A stretch of DNA of 64,000 nt from Glycera tridactyla (GCA_965644265.1 OZ286473.1:52266001-52330000), one strand, 5' to 3'. Shown: positions 50,837 to 63,900, counted from the first letter of the stretch. Numbers and translations: made by a program. Notes: generated by a model not told the origin, from the sequence alone.

Positions 50837-51598
50837 GATCTCAGCAGATTGTGACGGGCAAACTGCAAGGAGTCCAGATGGAAGAATTTGCAGAATTTTG
50901 CATATTCTCCGAGACAATCATGTCGTCCTGTCTCAGAATGTGAAGTCTTTGAATACATGATTGGCATTGCACTCTCTTACACTGTCTTATCATGAGCAGT
51001 GTATGTACAGTATACCCCGGATATTACCAGAAACGTCTAACAACCATCTCATGTTTGTATGTAAACAAGGCCATAGTCTATGACTAGAAACTCGGTCATC
51101 CGCAATCATACAAGACTCGTTGCCAAGCAACAAATTGGCCTCTTCTTGTGTATTGTTGGTCGGATGCAGATTGATTAGCAACTCAACTGTCATATCTTTT
51201 GGACTAACGCGATTTTAGGGTGGGACAGTCACTAATCTGCCGCAGATCCAAGGCGGAGAAAAACGTCGCACATGATGCCTCAGACCGAGTCAGTGGGAAG
51301 GCAGCACATGACAAGGGGTGTGATGCTGCTCTTGAACTTGTTCCAAGACTTTACTAAGCAAGAATTAAGCACACACAATTTCCATGTCCTGTGGCTTCAC
51401 GATTAGGACATAGTTGACCTTATGGCAATGGACTGATGACTTCTTCACGCTAAATTCGTACATTTCTGCTTGTGGAACTGGGTATATCTCTAGTAGATTC
51501 TATTCAGGTCGATAACAATTCGGAAGAATGTTTCTCAAAACACATACCGTCATCATAGCTTCTGAAGTTTTTTTGGCGAAATACAGGTGCCACAACAA

Positions 51599-51820
51599 GG
51601 CGAACCGACTGTAGGCGCGTTCGCAATATGCATTCGCTACGTTGGCGACTACTATGAGGTTTTATTTGGCGCGGTAGTTTCTCCTCGTCATTGGCGACAG
51701 GGTGACTGACTGGCAATCTGGCCCGCAGCACAGTTGGCGACGGCAAGCCTTAGAGAAAGCCTCAGCATACGTGACAGGTCTCAGCTGCTGCGGGATGTCC
51801 TGCAATTGTTTCGCATGACT
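51599..51820 (+). mobile_element. Decayed hAT-superfamily transposase fragment
   Basis: GEPTVGAFAICIRYVGD, then across frameshifts VTD/TGNLARSTV and LLRDVLQLFRM. These resemble DETTD...QLAICIRYV...TGESL...IKDVLLRFNL around the first catalytic Asp of hAT transposases. Confidence 0.5.
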
Positions 51821-51919
51821 TAATTGACACGTACGCATCTAATAAACCTGCAGGTATATATATGTATATAATCCGCTTCGGTCGCACTGTACAGAAGAAG
51901 TGTTTGCCTCGTCTACTAC

Positions 51920-51962
<43 letters not shown>

Positions 51963-51967
51963 TATAT

Positions 51968-52002
<35 letters not shown>

Positions 52003-52385
52003 AAGAAGAGTGAAATAAAGAAAAATAAATAGATACATAAATGAATAAATACATAGNNNNNNNNNNNNNNNNNNNNNNNNNNNNNNNNNNNNNNNNNNNN
52101 NNNNNNNNNNNNNNNNNNNNNNNNNNNNNNNNNNNNNNNNNNNNNNNNNNNNNNNNNNNNNNNNNNNNNNNNNNNNNNNNNNNNNNNNNNNNNNNNNNNN
52201 NNNNNNNNNNNNNNNNNNNNNNNNNNNNNNNNNNNNNNNNNNNNNNNNNNNNNNNNNNNNNNNNNNNNNNCACACCTGGGTGGAGTGATGTGGCGGAATA
52301 CAAAGGTTCTACACACCATCACTTCTACAGAGTCACCCTCTGTGTGGGGAAGGTCGGATTGAAGGTTCACATTCGCGAATTGTAA

Positions 52386-52550
52386 TACAGTCGAACCTGT
52401 CTGTAAAAGCCAACATCGTTCGCATCATAAAGTGGCCTTTATGGTCAGGTTGCCTTCTTAGAACAGTCATTTTCCGCTGAAAATACTATTGAGGTCGCAG
52501 CCCTGCGTGGCTTTCATAGAGAGCTGGTCTTTCGAGCAGGTTTGACTGTA
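52386..52550. mobile_element. TACAGT-type MITE
   Basis: TACAGTCGAACCTG ... CAGGTTTGACTGTA. Confidence 0.8.
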
Positions 52551-53039
52551 CACTGGGGGCTTCATTTCTGATTGCGGTAGCAAGACACTCAGTGGGGGAC
52601 CAAAGAACCTGGTAGGTGGGATGGCTGTCTGAGTGGATGCTGGTGAATTTAGGTGAGCCCTACTTGCTAGTAAATGACTTGCTAGGCCGGACTTTGCCAT
52701 CTCCGGAAGTGTATTTACAGGTGTTTATAGTTTCCATTCAGCTAGCTAATCCCTCCATGATTTACTCTCATGCTTGAGACGACATAATCCGTGGCTAAGC
52801 TGTGAGTTGGTGTTCTCCGAGTTCAAACCATGCCTCCAATACCCCAGTGGCTGAAAATCCACTGTAATTACCGAAATCCCGCACCAATTTGAATCAAGGA
52901 ATGGTTGCATATTTCATTTCATGGATAATGATTGAGATGCTAAACTTTTTCGTGTGTTTTATATAAATGATAATGTGCAGTATGCACTGGTAGTTCTACT
53001 GTCTCACCATGGGAAACGGTAGCACAGCTATGTCATTAT

Positions 53040-53360
53040 ACACGGCTCGTACGCTAGGTGTGATGTCAGCATTCACTATACGCGTGACGTCGAAACGCAA
53101 ACGCGAGATCACGAGAGTTATCCAACGAGAGTTCACGAGAGTTATCCAGTTGAATACGCGCTGTGAGGGGGAGGCGCGCATCTCCCACTCCCGCGCATGT
53201 ATCTTCCATTGGCCATTGCGACCCTTTGCAAACCCAGCGTCGATTATACGTTAGTCGTCGGTGAACGTCCGGGTGACAAGTTTGGATGCCGATTCGGGCT
53301 TTTCTCACTAGGCCGTCTCTAGCCTCAAACGGTGAAATTAGCGGCAATAACACTAGCTCT
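53040..53360. promoter_or_regulatory. CpG-rich segment with a 15-bp direct repeat (CACGAGAGTTATCCA x2) and an inverted CCAAT box
   Basis: Repeat at 53110 and 53134; ATTGG near 53208. Could equally be a transposon end. Confidence 0.2.
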
Positions 53361-53929
53361 GCTGTCGAGGATGATAGCCTGCTTTGGTGATGCAGTCAGG
53401 GATATCTCATTGAAATTCCAATATCTCAGATGATGGGCTTTAATCAATGACCTCCTGGTAAGTCAGCCGCGATCCCTTGTATTGTGAAAATGTGCTAAAG
53501 TCACTTACCTCTCCCTTTCATCCAACTGGGAGCTATAGTAATCAGTCACATATCTGATTTCACTTACACCATCAGACCAGTGATAAACTCATAACCAACA
53601 TCACAGGGGATTATGTATGGAGGAGGGGCAGAGGTGGGTTGACTGCTATCACTCTGCATATGATCACGCAGAGCGGACATCCAATATCCAATAGCTGAAT
53701 TAAAATCAGAAATTTCTCAAGCAATTATTCCCATATTCTGCCGATTGATCACTGGTCTTCTCATTGATATGTATGAAAGCTGGGAAGAGCCCATGAAGAA
53801 TGGATCAACATGGAGAATGAGATATAAAGTATTACCCCTAATGGTTACCATTGATAGTGAGGAGACCTCGTCGACAGAACTAGAATTATCAGCAAAAGGA
53901 TATCGAGAAACGCCCGTATCCAAAGTCCC

Positions 53930-54450
53930 TTTTTTGGTCCAATAGACGTCCAGTGGACATCAAAATGTCGATGTTTGATGTTGGTTGCACCATACGTATA
54001 AAATATATTCACATGAAAGTGCCTAACTAGTCCCATGTTTTCCGCCATTCTAATTGGATAAGTCAACCCCGGAGATAGTGTGAGGCTCAGCGGGATCCAT
54101 GGTTCCATTCATCGAGTCAGACGCAGACAGAGTTTGCCTCGCAGTCATCCATACTTTCACCCCAGAAGACTGATCATTACTCAACACGAGACATAAGAAG
54201 CCTCAACTCAATTATCAAGTTGACATCTGTTGTACGTCACTGGACATCCCCCTTATATCTGATATTTGGACGTCGAAGTATTATGTTCATCCGTTGACAT
54301 CCTGCCGACGTCGGATGGACATCCAGAATATTGCAATGGTGCAACAAACAACAAAGTTAGGCTTTTAAATGTCCACTGGATGTCCACTGATCCAAATATG
54401 AACGTCAGCTGGATGCCCAAACCTGTTGTCCTGACGTCCGCTGAGGGCCA
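53930..54450. mobile_element. GACGTC/GGACAT-rich repeat, two copies in inverted orientation
   Basis: The reverse complement of 53930-53992 (atggtgcaaccaacatc...atgtccactggacgtctattggacc) aligns to 54336-54400 (atggtgcaacaaacaac...atgtccactggatgtccactgatcc). Confidence 0.5.
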
Positions 54451-55857
54451 ATAGACATAGATCTAGGTAGCGCACCTTGTGGGTATGTTAAAAAAAGGGC
54501 GATGTCTTTATCTGGAACGAGGGCTTCCAGCTCTCTACCAAATGGCTAATTGGTGAGACAAACGGCATGCCATATGAGTATTGTTGATATCGACAGCAGC
54601 GTTGGCAAGGAAATGATGGCTCTCGCGAGATGGTTGGGTATGTTGATTCGGATTACTACACAGCATAAGACATATCATTTATCTCCCAAGTTTTTATCAG
54701 TAAGATAACAAAGCCAGGTCTGTACTAAGAATCTACTTTTGTCGTCTTCTTGTATAGATGCGAATCCCCTCCACATCAGATTGCCAATCTATATTGCGGT
54801 GCGTTGTAGATGAATGGTCCATAAGCCTTCATATTTTTTTCTTTCATGGAGATGAGAAAGAATCCTCATTTCCATCTCATATATTTGTACATCACATAAA
54901 ACATTAGTCAAAAATATCATATGCTAATATATAGTACACCATGTTGAAAAACAAACACATTACATTCATACAACTCTTAAAAATTCGTCTATGCAACAAC
55001 ATGATCATTGCAGATGCAGTCTCTGTCACATATATCCGAACAGAACTACCAACTCCCCGCAAGTATACATCCAGAAATCGAGCTTTATTCAACAGGTCAT
55101 ATCCCCGCAGGTCATATCCCCAAGACCAAAGGTCAAAGGTGCGAAAGACCATGCCATCCACAACTACTCCTCAGGGGTAGTCTGCGGGTACGGATTGGCC
55201 ACTGTGGCATCAATCCCTCGGACACAGTCACGCGCACAAGAATTATAAGCTCAAGGTCATATCCACAAGGTCAAAGGATACTGAAGCAAAATTTAATGCC
55301 GATGCCCACCTACAATATTAGGGATATTCTACACATTCAATTTGGCAAATGTAGCATCAATACCTTGGCCACAGTTTCGTGCAAAATAATTCGGGCACCC
55401 GCCTTCAAATGTAGGCCCTAATGATAATATAATATATGGTCATGCGAAAATGATAAAGGAAAAGGGAAATCTATCCAGCCCTGAGTCCGATTCCATGTTC
55501 CTGATGAAACAACACATGACTAGGACTGGTTTTCCCATATTTGGCGACCTGAAGCAAAGCCGGGTGGCTCTGTTTGCTCCTTGATGTGGCATAGGTCGTT
55601 AAATGCAGCAGAGTAAGATTGCAGTGTGTCGTTCGTAATTGCATATATATACGACAGCTATGTCTTACAAATAACGTGATGATACTATAGCAGCTAAATG
55701 TGATAGTTCTCATAAGCGATCGTTATGATCCAACTGAGTTCTACTGTTTCTCTTCATGATGTAATCACCTGACCACCAATCCTGCCATTGATCTATTTGT
55801 CCATCTTTCCACGTGGTCGAGGCTACCTTTTTTTCTTCATCGAAACAGTAACCTTCC

Positions 55858-57159
55858 AATCTATTCGACTATTCGCCCCAAAGTGCACCCACCCACCTAT
55901 CCATCTACTCATCTATTCAACTATTTGCCCAACAGTGCACCCATCCACCTATCCATCCACTCATCTATTCAACTATTCGCCAAATAATGCATCCATCCAC
56001 CTATCCATCCACTCATCTATTCAACTATTCGCCAAATAATGCACCTATCCACCCATCCATCTACTCATCAATTCAACTATTTGCCTAACAATGCACCCAT
56101 CAATCCATCCATCCACTCATGTATTTAACTATTCACCAAACAATCCACCCATCCATCCACTCATCTCGTCAACTATTCGCCGAATAATGCACCCATCCAC
56201 CCATCCATCTACTCATCAATTCAACTATTTGCCTAACAATGCACCCATCCACCTATCCATCTACTCAGCTATTCAACTATTCACCAAACAGTGCACCCAT
56301 CCACCCATCCATCCACTCATCTATTCAACTATTCGCCCAACAGTGCACCCATCCACCTATCCATCCACTCATCTATTCAACTATTCGCCCAACAGTGCAT
56401 CCATCCACCTATCTATCTACTCATCTATTCAACTATTCGCCCAAGAGTGCACCAATCAACCTATCCATCCACTCATCTATTCAACTATTCACCCAACAGT
56501 GCACCCATCCACCTATCCATCCACTCATCTATTCAACTATTCACCCAACAGTGCACCCATCCACCTATCCATCTACTCATCTATTCAACTATTCGCCCAA
56601 GAGTGCACCAATCAACCTATCCATCCACTCATCTATTCAACTATTCACCCAACAGTGCACCCATCCACCTATCCATTCACTCATCTATTCAACTATTCAC
56701 CAAACAATGCATCCATCCACCTATCCATCCACTCATCTATTCAACTATCCGCCCAACAGTGCACCCATCCACCTATCCATCTACTCATCTATTCAATTAT
56801 TCGCCCAACAGTGCACCCATCCACCTATCCATTCACTCATCTATTCAACTATTCACCCAACAGTGCACCCATCCACCTATCCATCCACTCATCTATTTAT
56901 CTATTCACCAAACAATGCATCCATCCACCTATCCATCCACTCATCTATTCAACTATCTGCCCAACAGTGCACCCATCCACCTATCCATCCACTCATCTAT
57001 TCAACTATCCGCCCAACAGTGCACCCATCCACCTATCCATCCCCTCATCTATTCAACTATCCGCCCAACAGTGCACCCATCCACCTATCCATCCACTCAT
57101 CTATTTATCTATTCACCAAACAATGCACCCATCCACCCATCCATCTACCCATCCATCCA
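55858..57159. repeat. 52-bp minisatellite x~25 (CAGTGCACCCATCCACCTATCCATCCACTCATCTATTCAACTATTCGCCCAA)
   Basis: About 1300 bp of 52-bp units, decaying into (CATC)/(CATT)n. Confidence 0.95.
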
Positions 57160-57700
57160 TTAAATCCCCCACTCATTCATTCATTCATTCATTCATGCAT
57201 GCATTCATCCATGCATTCATTTACCCATCTATCCAGCCTCTGATCAACCCGTCTATCCATGCACTAATTCCGACCGCACCACACTCGTCGCAGTATGCCC
57301 TGATCCAACACATATGTCCGCAGTAGCCAGAATTAAATATAATTTCACGTGGATGAAATAATACTAAGGTGTTTTTCCCTGTCTGTTTCAGGCCTTGGGG
57401 TGAGTTTTTTCATGAAAGCCATAGTCCTCTTCGATGATTGTCATTCATTCATCCTTCCATCAATTTATGCACCAGCGTTCCATCCGCCTCACCATTCGCC
57501 CACACAGCCATTTTGATCAATTCATCTACCCAGACCCAACCATACCTGCTAGCCCATCATTCTGACGATTGTGACAACCGAGACATTCAAATCTTTCTAT
57601 ATACTTACTGAAAGAAAATGTTCTGCTATATTCTTCTCGGCCAAGGCAATGGATGACTTGTTTCACCTGATGGGGTGGCCCTGATTTCAGCACTCATTTA

Positions 57701-57879
57701 GCCTGCCTTGGTGGCTCAGGGGTGAAGTGCTGGGCTGGCGTGCAATGGGTCTGGGGTTCAATACCTGGTCCTACCATGCAGGAACGTTTCACCCTTCATC
57801 TTCGCTACTCCTCAGTAGGTGGTCTGATTTAGCATATTCAAGTGCAGAGAGTGGACCTAAGCCCTCGACATTTCCATTT
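57701..57879 (+). mobile_element. tRNA-derived SINE, copy 2
   Basis: gcctgccttggtggctcagg ... ggttcaatacc ... catgcaggaacgtttcaccc ... gtggacctaagccctcgacattt, colinear with copy 1. Confidence 0.85.
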
Positions 57880-58226
57880 GGATGAATAGATATTCTGAGT
57901 AATGTCCAATCTCACCTTTAAGTAAATCGGCGGACATGTATGATTTCAGTGTCTGGATGAGCTTGTTGTGATACTGTATTTCATTGATATCTAGAAACTC
58001 GAACCCGGATGGGATATGCGTATCTTTCAAATTGAGGAATGACAGGTCTGAATATTCTTTGAGTGGGAAATCCAATCACATTCGGCTGGGAGCGCATACA
58101 ATGCCAAATATATCACAGGATTTCTTTAGATCTAATTTGTGATTTCATCATCTGGAGAAATTCCAATCATTTTCAATTCATTATCATCCATCCCTTCTAG
58201 AAGTTCTTGTGATACCACAGACTTCA

Positions 58227-58384
58227 GAGCCTGCCTTGGCGGCTCAGCGGTAGCGTGCTGGGCTGGCATGCAAATGGGTCTGGGGTTCAATCCCCGGTCC
58301 TACCATGCAGGAACGTTTCACCGTTCATCTTTGCTCCTCCTTGTGTGCAGAAAGTGGACCTAAAACTTCAACATTTCAATTTCA
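58227..58384 (+). mobile_element. tRNA-derived SINE, copy 3 (internal deletion)
   Basis: A box cggctcagcgg, B box ggttcaatccc. Perfect 11-bp TSD CACAGACTTCA at 58216-58226 and 58385-58395. Confidence 0.85.
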
Positions 58385-59062
58385 CACAGACTTCAACAAA
58401 CTTCATGGTATTCATGGATGCCGGTACCAAAAATAATTTCACACTGCATGCTGACTTATCGCGAGGAGTCGCCACTATTCTATTGCATTTATTCATCAAA
58501 TCTGCCGAGATTATTCTGCCGAATAATGTGTGAGATCGGACAGATGGCATGTGCACAATCTGTGAACGAAAACGAGACAGGAAAAATACACAGCTCCATT
58601 TCGCGTCGTCATCAAATGGAAGACACCCTGGTCGGAAATGCACCTTGATATTGACAGATCTTGGTCCGACCAACGGGGACTCATGGTTTCGCATTTCGAG
58701 TTGTGAAGAAGTCGCACCTGTGATTCCCCTGTTAGAGGTGGACGGATGAAATGAATCAAGTTCTACTTCGTCAGTTCATTAGACTGAATTGAATGATAGA
58801 TGGTCATTTCAGCCCAGTGGCACGGTTGGTGGCTTCTGGTTTAACGTCACCCAGCACCATCCGGGCTATATTGTGATGCCCATGCAGTGGGCATGGGTGG
58901 GATCTTCCAAGATTCGTCCTTCTGGGTCCCAAACAAAAGGTGAAATACTACTGTTTATGAAATTCACAGACACTTAAGGTGTCATTTCTGGGATGCCCAC
59001 TTAGTCGCCTCTTACGACACGCAGGCAACTCACAGGTTCAGTGGCATGGTAAAATTCGGAAA

Positions 59063-60855
59063 GGTTTTGATCCTCTCAGTGATGCTGTAATGGCTATTCT
59101 AGGATGAGAGGTCTGATCTTGATGAAGTGCTGGTTTTGATCCTCTCAGTGATGCCGTAATGGCTATTCTAGGATGAGAGGTCTGATCTTGATGAAGTGCT
59201 GGTTTTGATCCTCTCAGTGATGCTGTAATGGCTATTCTAGGATGAGAGGTCTGATCTTGATGAAGTGCTGGTTTTGATCCTCTCAGTGATGCTGTAATGG
59301 CTTTTCTAGGATGAGAGGTCTGATCTTGATGAAGTGCTGGTTTTGATCCTCTCAGTGATGCCGTAATGGCTATTCTAGGATGGGAGGTCTGATCTTGATG
59401 AAGTGCTGGTTTTGATCCTCTCAGTGATGCTGTAATGGCTATTCTAGGATGAAAGGTCTGATCTTGATGAAGTGCTGGTTTTGATCCTCTCAGTGATGCC
59501 GTAATGGCTTTTCTAGGATGAGAGGTCTGATCTTGATGAAGTGCTGGTTTTGATCCTCTCAGTGATGCTGTAATGGCTTTTCTAGGATGAGAGGTCTGAT
59601 CTCGATAAAGTGCTGGTTTTGATCCTCTCAGTGATGCTGTAATGGCTTTTCTAGGATGAGAGGTCTGATCTTGATGAAGTGCTGGTTTTGATCCTCTCAG
59701 TGATGCCGTAATGGCTTTTCTAGGATGAGAGGTCTGATCTTGATGAAGTGCTGGTTTGATCCTCTCAGTGATGCTGTAATGGCTTTTCTAGGATGAGAGG
59801 TCTGATCTCGATAAAGTGCTGGTTTTGATCCTCTCAGTGATGCTGTAATGGCTTTTCTAGGATGAGAGGTCTGATCTTGATGAAGTGCTGGTTTTGATCC
59901 TCTCAGTGATGCTGTAATGGCTATTCTAGGATGAGAGGTCTGATCTTGATGGAGTGCTGGTTTTGATCCTCTCAGTGATGCTGTAATGGCTTTTCTAGGA
60001 TGAGAGGTCTGATCTTGATGAAGTGCTGGTTTTGATCCTCTCAGTGATGCTGTAATGGCTATTCTAGGATGAGAGGTCTGATCTTGATGAAGTGCTGGTT
60101 TTGATCCTCTCAGTGATGCTGTAATGGCTATTCTAGGATGAGAGGTCTGATCTTGATGAAGTGCTGGTTTTGATCCTCTCAGTGATGCTGTAATGGCTAT
60201 TCTAGGATGAGAGGTCTGATCTTGATGAAGTGCTGGTTTTGATCCTCTCAGTGATGCCGTAATGGCTTTTCTAGGATGAGAGGTCTGATCTTGATGAAGT
60301 GCTGGTTTTGATCCTCTCAGTGATGCTGTAATTGCTTTTCTAGGATGAGAGGTCTGATCTTGATGAAGTGCTGGTTTTGATCCTCTCAGTGATGCCGTAA
60401 TGGCTAGTCTAGGATGAGAGGTCTGATCTTGATGAAGTGCTGGTTTTGATCCTCTCAGTGATGCTGTAATGGCTATTCTAGGATGAGAGGTCTGATCTTG
60501 ATGAAGTGCTGGTTTTGATCCTCTGTGTGATGCTGTAATGGCTTTTCTAGGATGTGAGGTCTGATCTTGATGGAGTGCTGGTTTTGATCCTCTCAGTGAT
60601 GCCGTAATGGCTATTCTAGGATGAAAGGTCTGATCTTGATGAAGTGCTGGTTTTGATTCTCTCAGTGATGCTGTAATGGCTATTCTAGGATGAGAGGTCT
60701 GATCTTGATGAAGTGCTGGTTTTGATCCTCTCAGTGATGCTGTAATGGCTATTCTAGGATGAGAGGTCTGATCCTGATGAAGTGCTGGTTTTGTTCCTCT
60801 CAGTGATGCCGTAATGGCTATTCTAGGATGAGAGGTCTGATCCTGATGAAGTGCT
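59063..60855. repeat. 69-bp minisatellite x26
   Basis: 1793 bp = 26 x 69 - 1, with a single deletion near 59755. Confidence 0.95.
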
Positions 60856-60950
60856 ACCCTCCAGCTGGGATTGTATTGTGAAGCCCACTCTGCTTGTGCT
60901 GACATCTGTATGTAAGATTGTCAGATAGGGATACTATCAGGATACTTCAC

Positions 60951-61208
60951 TGACTAGTTTGTGATTGATCCTTCAGTTACTAGTTTGTGATTAGTCCTTT
61001 AGTGACTGGTCCCTTGGTAACTAGTTTGTGATTGCTCCTATAGTGGCTAGTTTGTGATTGGTCCTAAAATGACTAGTTTGTGATTGGTCCTACAGTAACT
61101 AATTTGTGATTGATCCTCTGGTGGCTAGTTTGTTATTGATGCTATAGTGACTAGTTTGTGATTGATTCTTCAGTGACTAGAGTGTGATTGATCCCATAGT
61201 GACCAGTG
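60951..61208. repeat. 26-bp diverged tandem repeat x~10 (GACTAGTTTGTGATTGATCCTTCAGT)
   Basis: Recurrent actagtttgtgatt motif. Confidence 0.85.
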
Positions 61209-62689
61209 TTAAACAGGAGCATCGTGCCCCACAGTGTAACAATATATCATCACCGTCTTCACAGCTCAGAGCCAAGAAGGCGTTTATCCAAGCACATTAT
61301 TAGTAAACTCTATATGAGCATCGCTCAGTTGAATCAACATAGCAGCGGATCTATACGGTCGTTGCATTGCTTTTGGCCTTTTTTGAGATCTCCGCCTGCG
61401 GCTGGAGATCTCTATGCCGCCACCTCTCTGCTCGATCTACCTATTAATTTCACCAATCCTGACTCTCGAGACTGATGTCATCAAATGAATCTTGATCAGA
61501 GTTGCGTGGAAAGTACAAATAATGTCATCTTATACAAATTTGTTGATTTTATGAATGACAATCCAAGAAAATATAGCCCTCAGATAGAATACAATTCTCC
61601 TTACACTCGTTTTTGTGGTGCTGATAACCACACAGATTTCGGTGGCTCGGATATGTGTAGCTGCGCACAATAGTATGAGCGTGCAAGGCAGCGTATTGAT
61701 ATAGAGACTAATTAGGTCATGGTTGAAGATCATCAGCAGGCAGACCCGTGACTGACAAGTGCGTGCGAAGCAGCGTATCAATATAGACTAAATAGGTCAC
61801 CATGAGAGAGCATCCGAGGAGACACGTTATACATCAGAGTAAGAACCCTGTTCTATATCTGACCCATGAAAGCCACTATAGCCAGTTAGCCATGGGCTAA
61901 TGCTTTTCCACCCGGCCAAAGAAAGTGACAGGTTATCAGCCATATTGGCTACAAGGTATTAGTCTGAAACATACATGTGTCCTCCCATACAGTTCACGTT
62001 GTCATGAGCTTTTGGTGTGCACTGATATTTGGGAACTGCCAAACCGATTTCTCATGTCAGGAACTCGGGATATACCAAATTCTCTTGGCTAGAGAATGAA
62101 CAAATGAAATGGCTGCTCTAAACAAATTTGCTGCATGAAATTTAGTTCTAGCGTTAATGCAGAATGCAACTAGGATGTAACCAGTGAACCCTCATAACCA
62201 CGCGAAACTTGAAGACGCAAGCTGACATCTTCTCTAGGGCTTCTGAACAAAGTTGTGATTCAAGAATACCATCTTCCATGAATGTTATTTTCGTTGTTGG
62301 CCTCGATGGCACTTTTCTTTTGGGAAGCAGATCATATTGAGATAATGTAAACTGATCTCATATACACATGTCCGCAATATAACTCACGTAATGCTGGTAA
62401 AGATAAAATTCCCCAAATCAACTCCCTGGAATGAGCACAGGAAATACCGTAGTGATGGTTACATGGATTAAGTAGATGTGAGTGGTTAGCAGCAAGTGGA
62501 TGGAGGGATCTCGCCATCAAAGCATCATCATTATCGTCTCCATCACCATCAGAAGAGATAGCTACTCATCCCCCCCCCCACCACCAGCTCATGCTCTTCC
62601 CGTTGCTCACCCTCCCTCCCCGCGTTGCCATCCCGTGCCAGTAGGATCAAGTTTCGGTACACACTGAATAGAATCGATACTCACGGCTA

Positions 62690-63900
62690 GACAATAGAAT
62701 GAGAGAGAGAGAGAGATGAACAGTGAAGAGATGGGATGGAAGGGGAAGAGGAAGGATGGAGAGATCCAGAGAGATAGAAATAGAGGGATTGAGTGAGAGC
62801 GGGAATGAGAAGGAGATAGAGAAAGGAAGAGAGATAGGGTGAGATGGAGAGGGCTAAATATAAGATAGAGAATGAGCGAATGAGAGAGAGAGAGAGAAAA
62901 AAGAGAAGTGACGGAGGGAAAGAGCGGATAATGTCAGAGCAAGAGAGAGAGGGGGGTGGAGAGAGAGACAGAGAAAGAGGGAGAGGGGGGGGGGAGAGGN
63001 NNNNNNNNNNNNNNNNNNNNNNNNNNNNNNNNNNNNNNNNNNNNNNNNNNNNNNNNNNNNNNNNNNNNNNNNNNNNNNNNNNNNNNNNNNNNNNNNNNNN
63101 NNNNNNNNNNNNNNNNNNNNNNNNNNNNNNNNNNNNNNNNNNNNNNNNNNNNNNNNNNNNNNNNNNNNNNNNNGATAGAGAGGAAGGAAGAGATATAGAT
63201 AGATCAGGGGAGGGAAAGAGAGATTCAGAGTAAAAGAGATACAGAGATAATGAGATACAGAGTAGAGAGAGTGAGTTAGTTTGAGTGTACGCGCGCGCGC
63301 GTGTGTGTGTGGAGGGGGGCATATAGAGCGCCCATTCATTACATCCAAGTAAACACCCAAATGACATCAAAATTATGCTGTGACGTCAGAGCTATTAATA
63401 CCCTCCCACCATGCCAGCCTCCATATATCTACCTCCCAACACAGCCATATAAACATCTCAAATGACGTCATAAGGATATTATGTCAGTCAGTCAGTCACT
63501 GAATGAGTCAGTCAGTCAGTCAGTCAATCAATTAGTCAGTCAGTCAGTCAGTCAGTCAGTGATTCAATATGCCATCGATTCAGTCAGTCGATTATTCAGT
63601 CACTAAATTAGTCACTAAATTAGTCACCAAATTAGTCAGTCATCGATTCAGTCAGTCAGTCAACCAGTCAGTCACTTCTTCAGTCTATCAGTCGGCCAAT
63701 TAGTCAGTCAGTCAGTAAGTCATCGATTCAGTCAGTCAGTCAACCAGTCAGTCACTTCTTCAGTCTATCAGTCGGTCAATTAGTCAGTCAGTCAGTAAGT
63801 CATCGATTCAGTCAGTCAGTCAACCAGTCAGTCACTTTTTCAGTCAATCAGTCGGTCAATTAGTCAGTCAGGTAGTGAGTAATCGATTCAGTCAGTCGGT
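62690..63900. repeat. GA-rich tract (62690-63300) and (TCAG)n array with an 80-bp higher-order repeat x3 (63641-63880)
   Basis: catcgattca recurs at 63641, 63721 and 63801, with aatcgattca at 63881. Confidence 0.9.

Noticed and set aside
56091-57326. Long ORFs (411, 334 and 290 aa) in the 52-bp array
   Set aside because: The unit is not a multiple of 3 and is stop-free in all + frames, so these are compositional artefacts.
57701-58310. tRNA genes at the SINE heads
   Set aside because: A/B boxes are present, but each head continues into a shared body and tail, two of three copies have clear TSDs, and I could not fold a canonical cloverleaf.
50001-60855. 33-, 52- and 69-bp arrays as CRISPR arrays
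   Set aside because: Units are head-to-tail with no unique spacers, there are no cas genes, and the context is eukaryotic.
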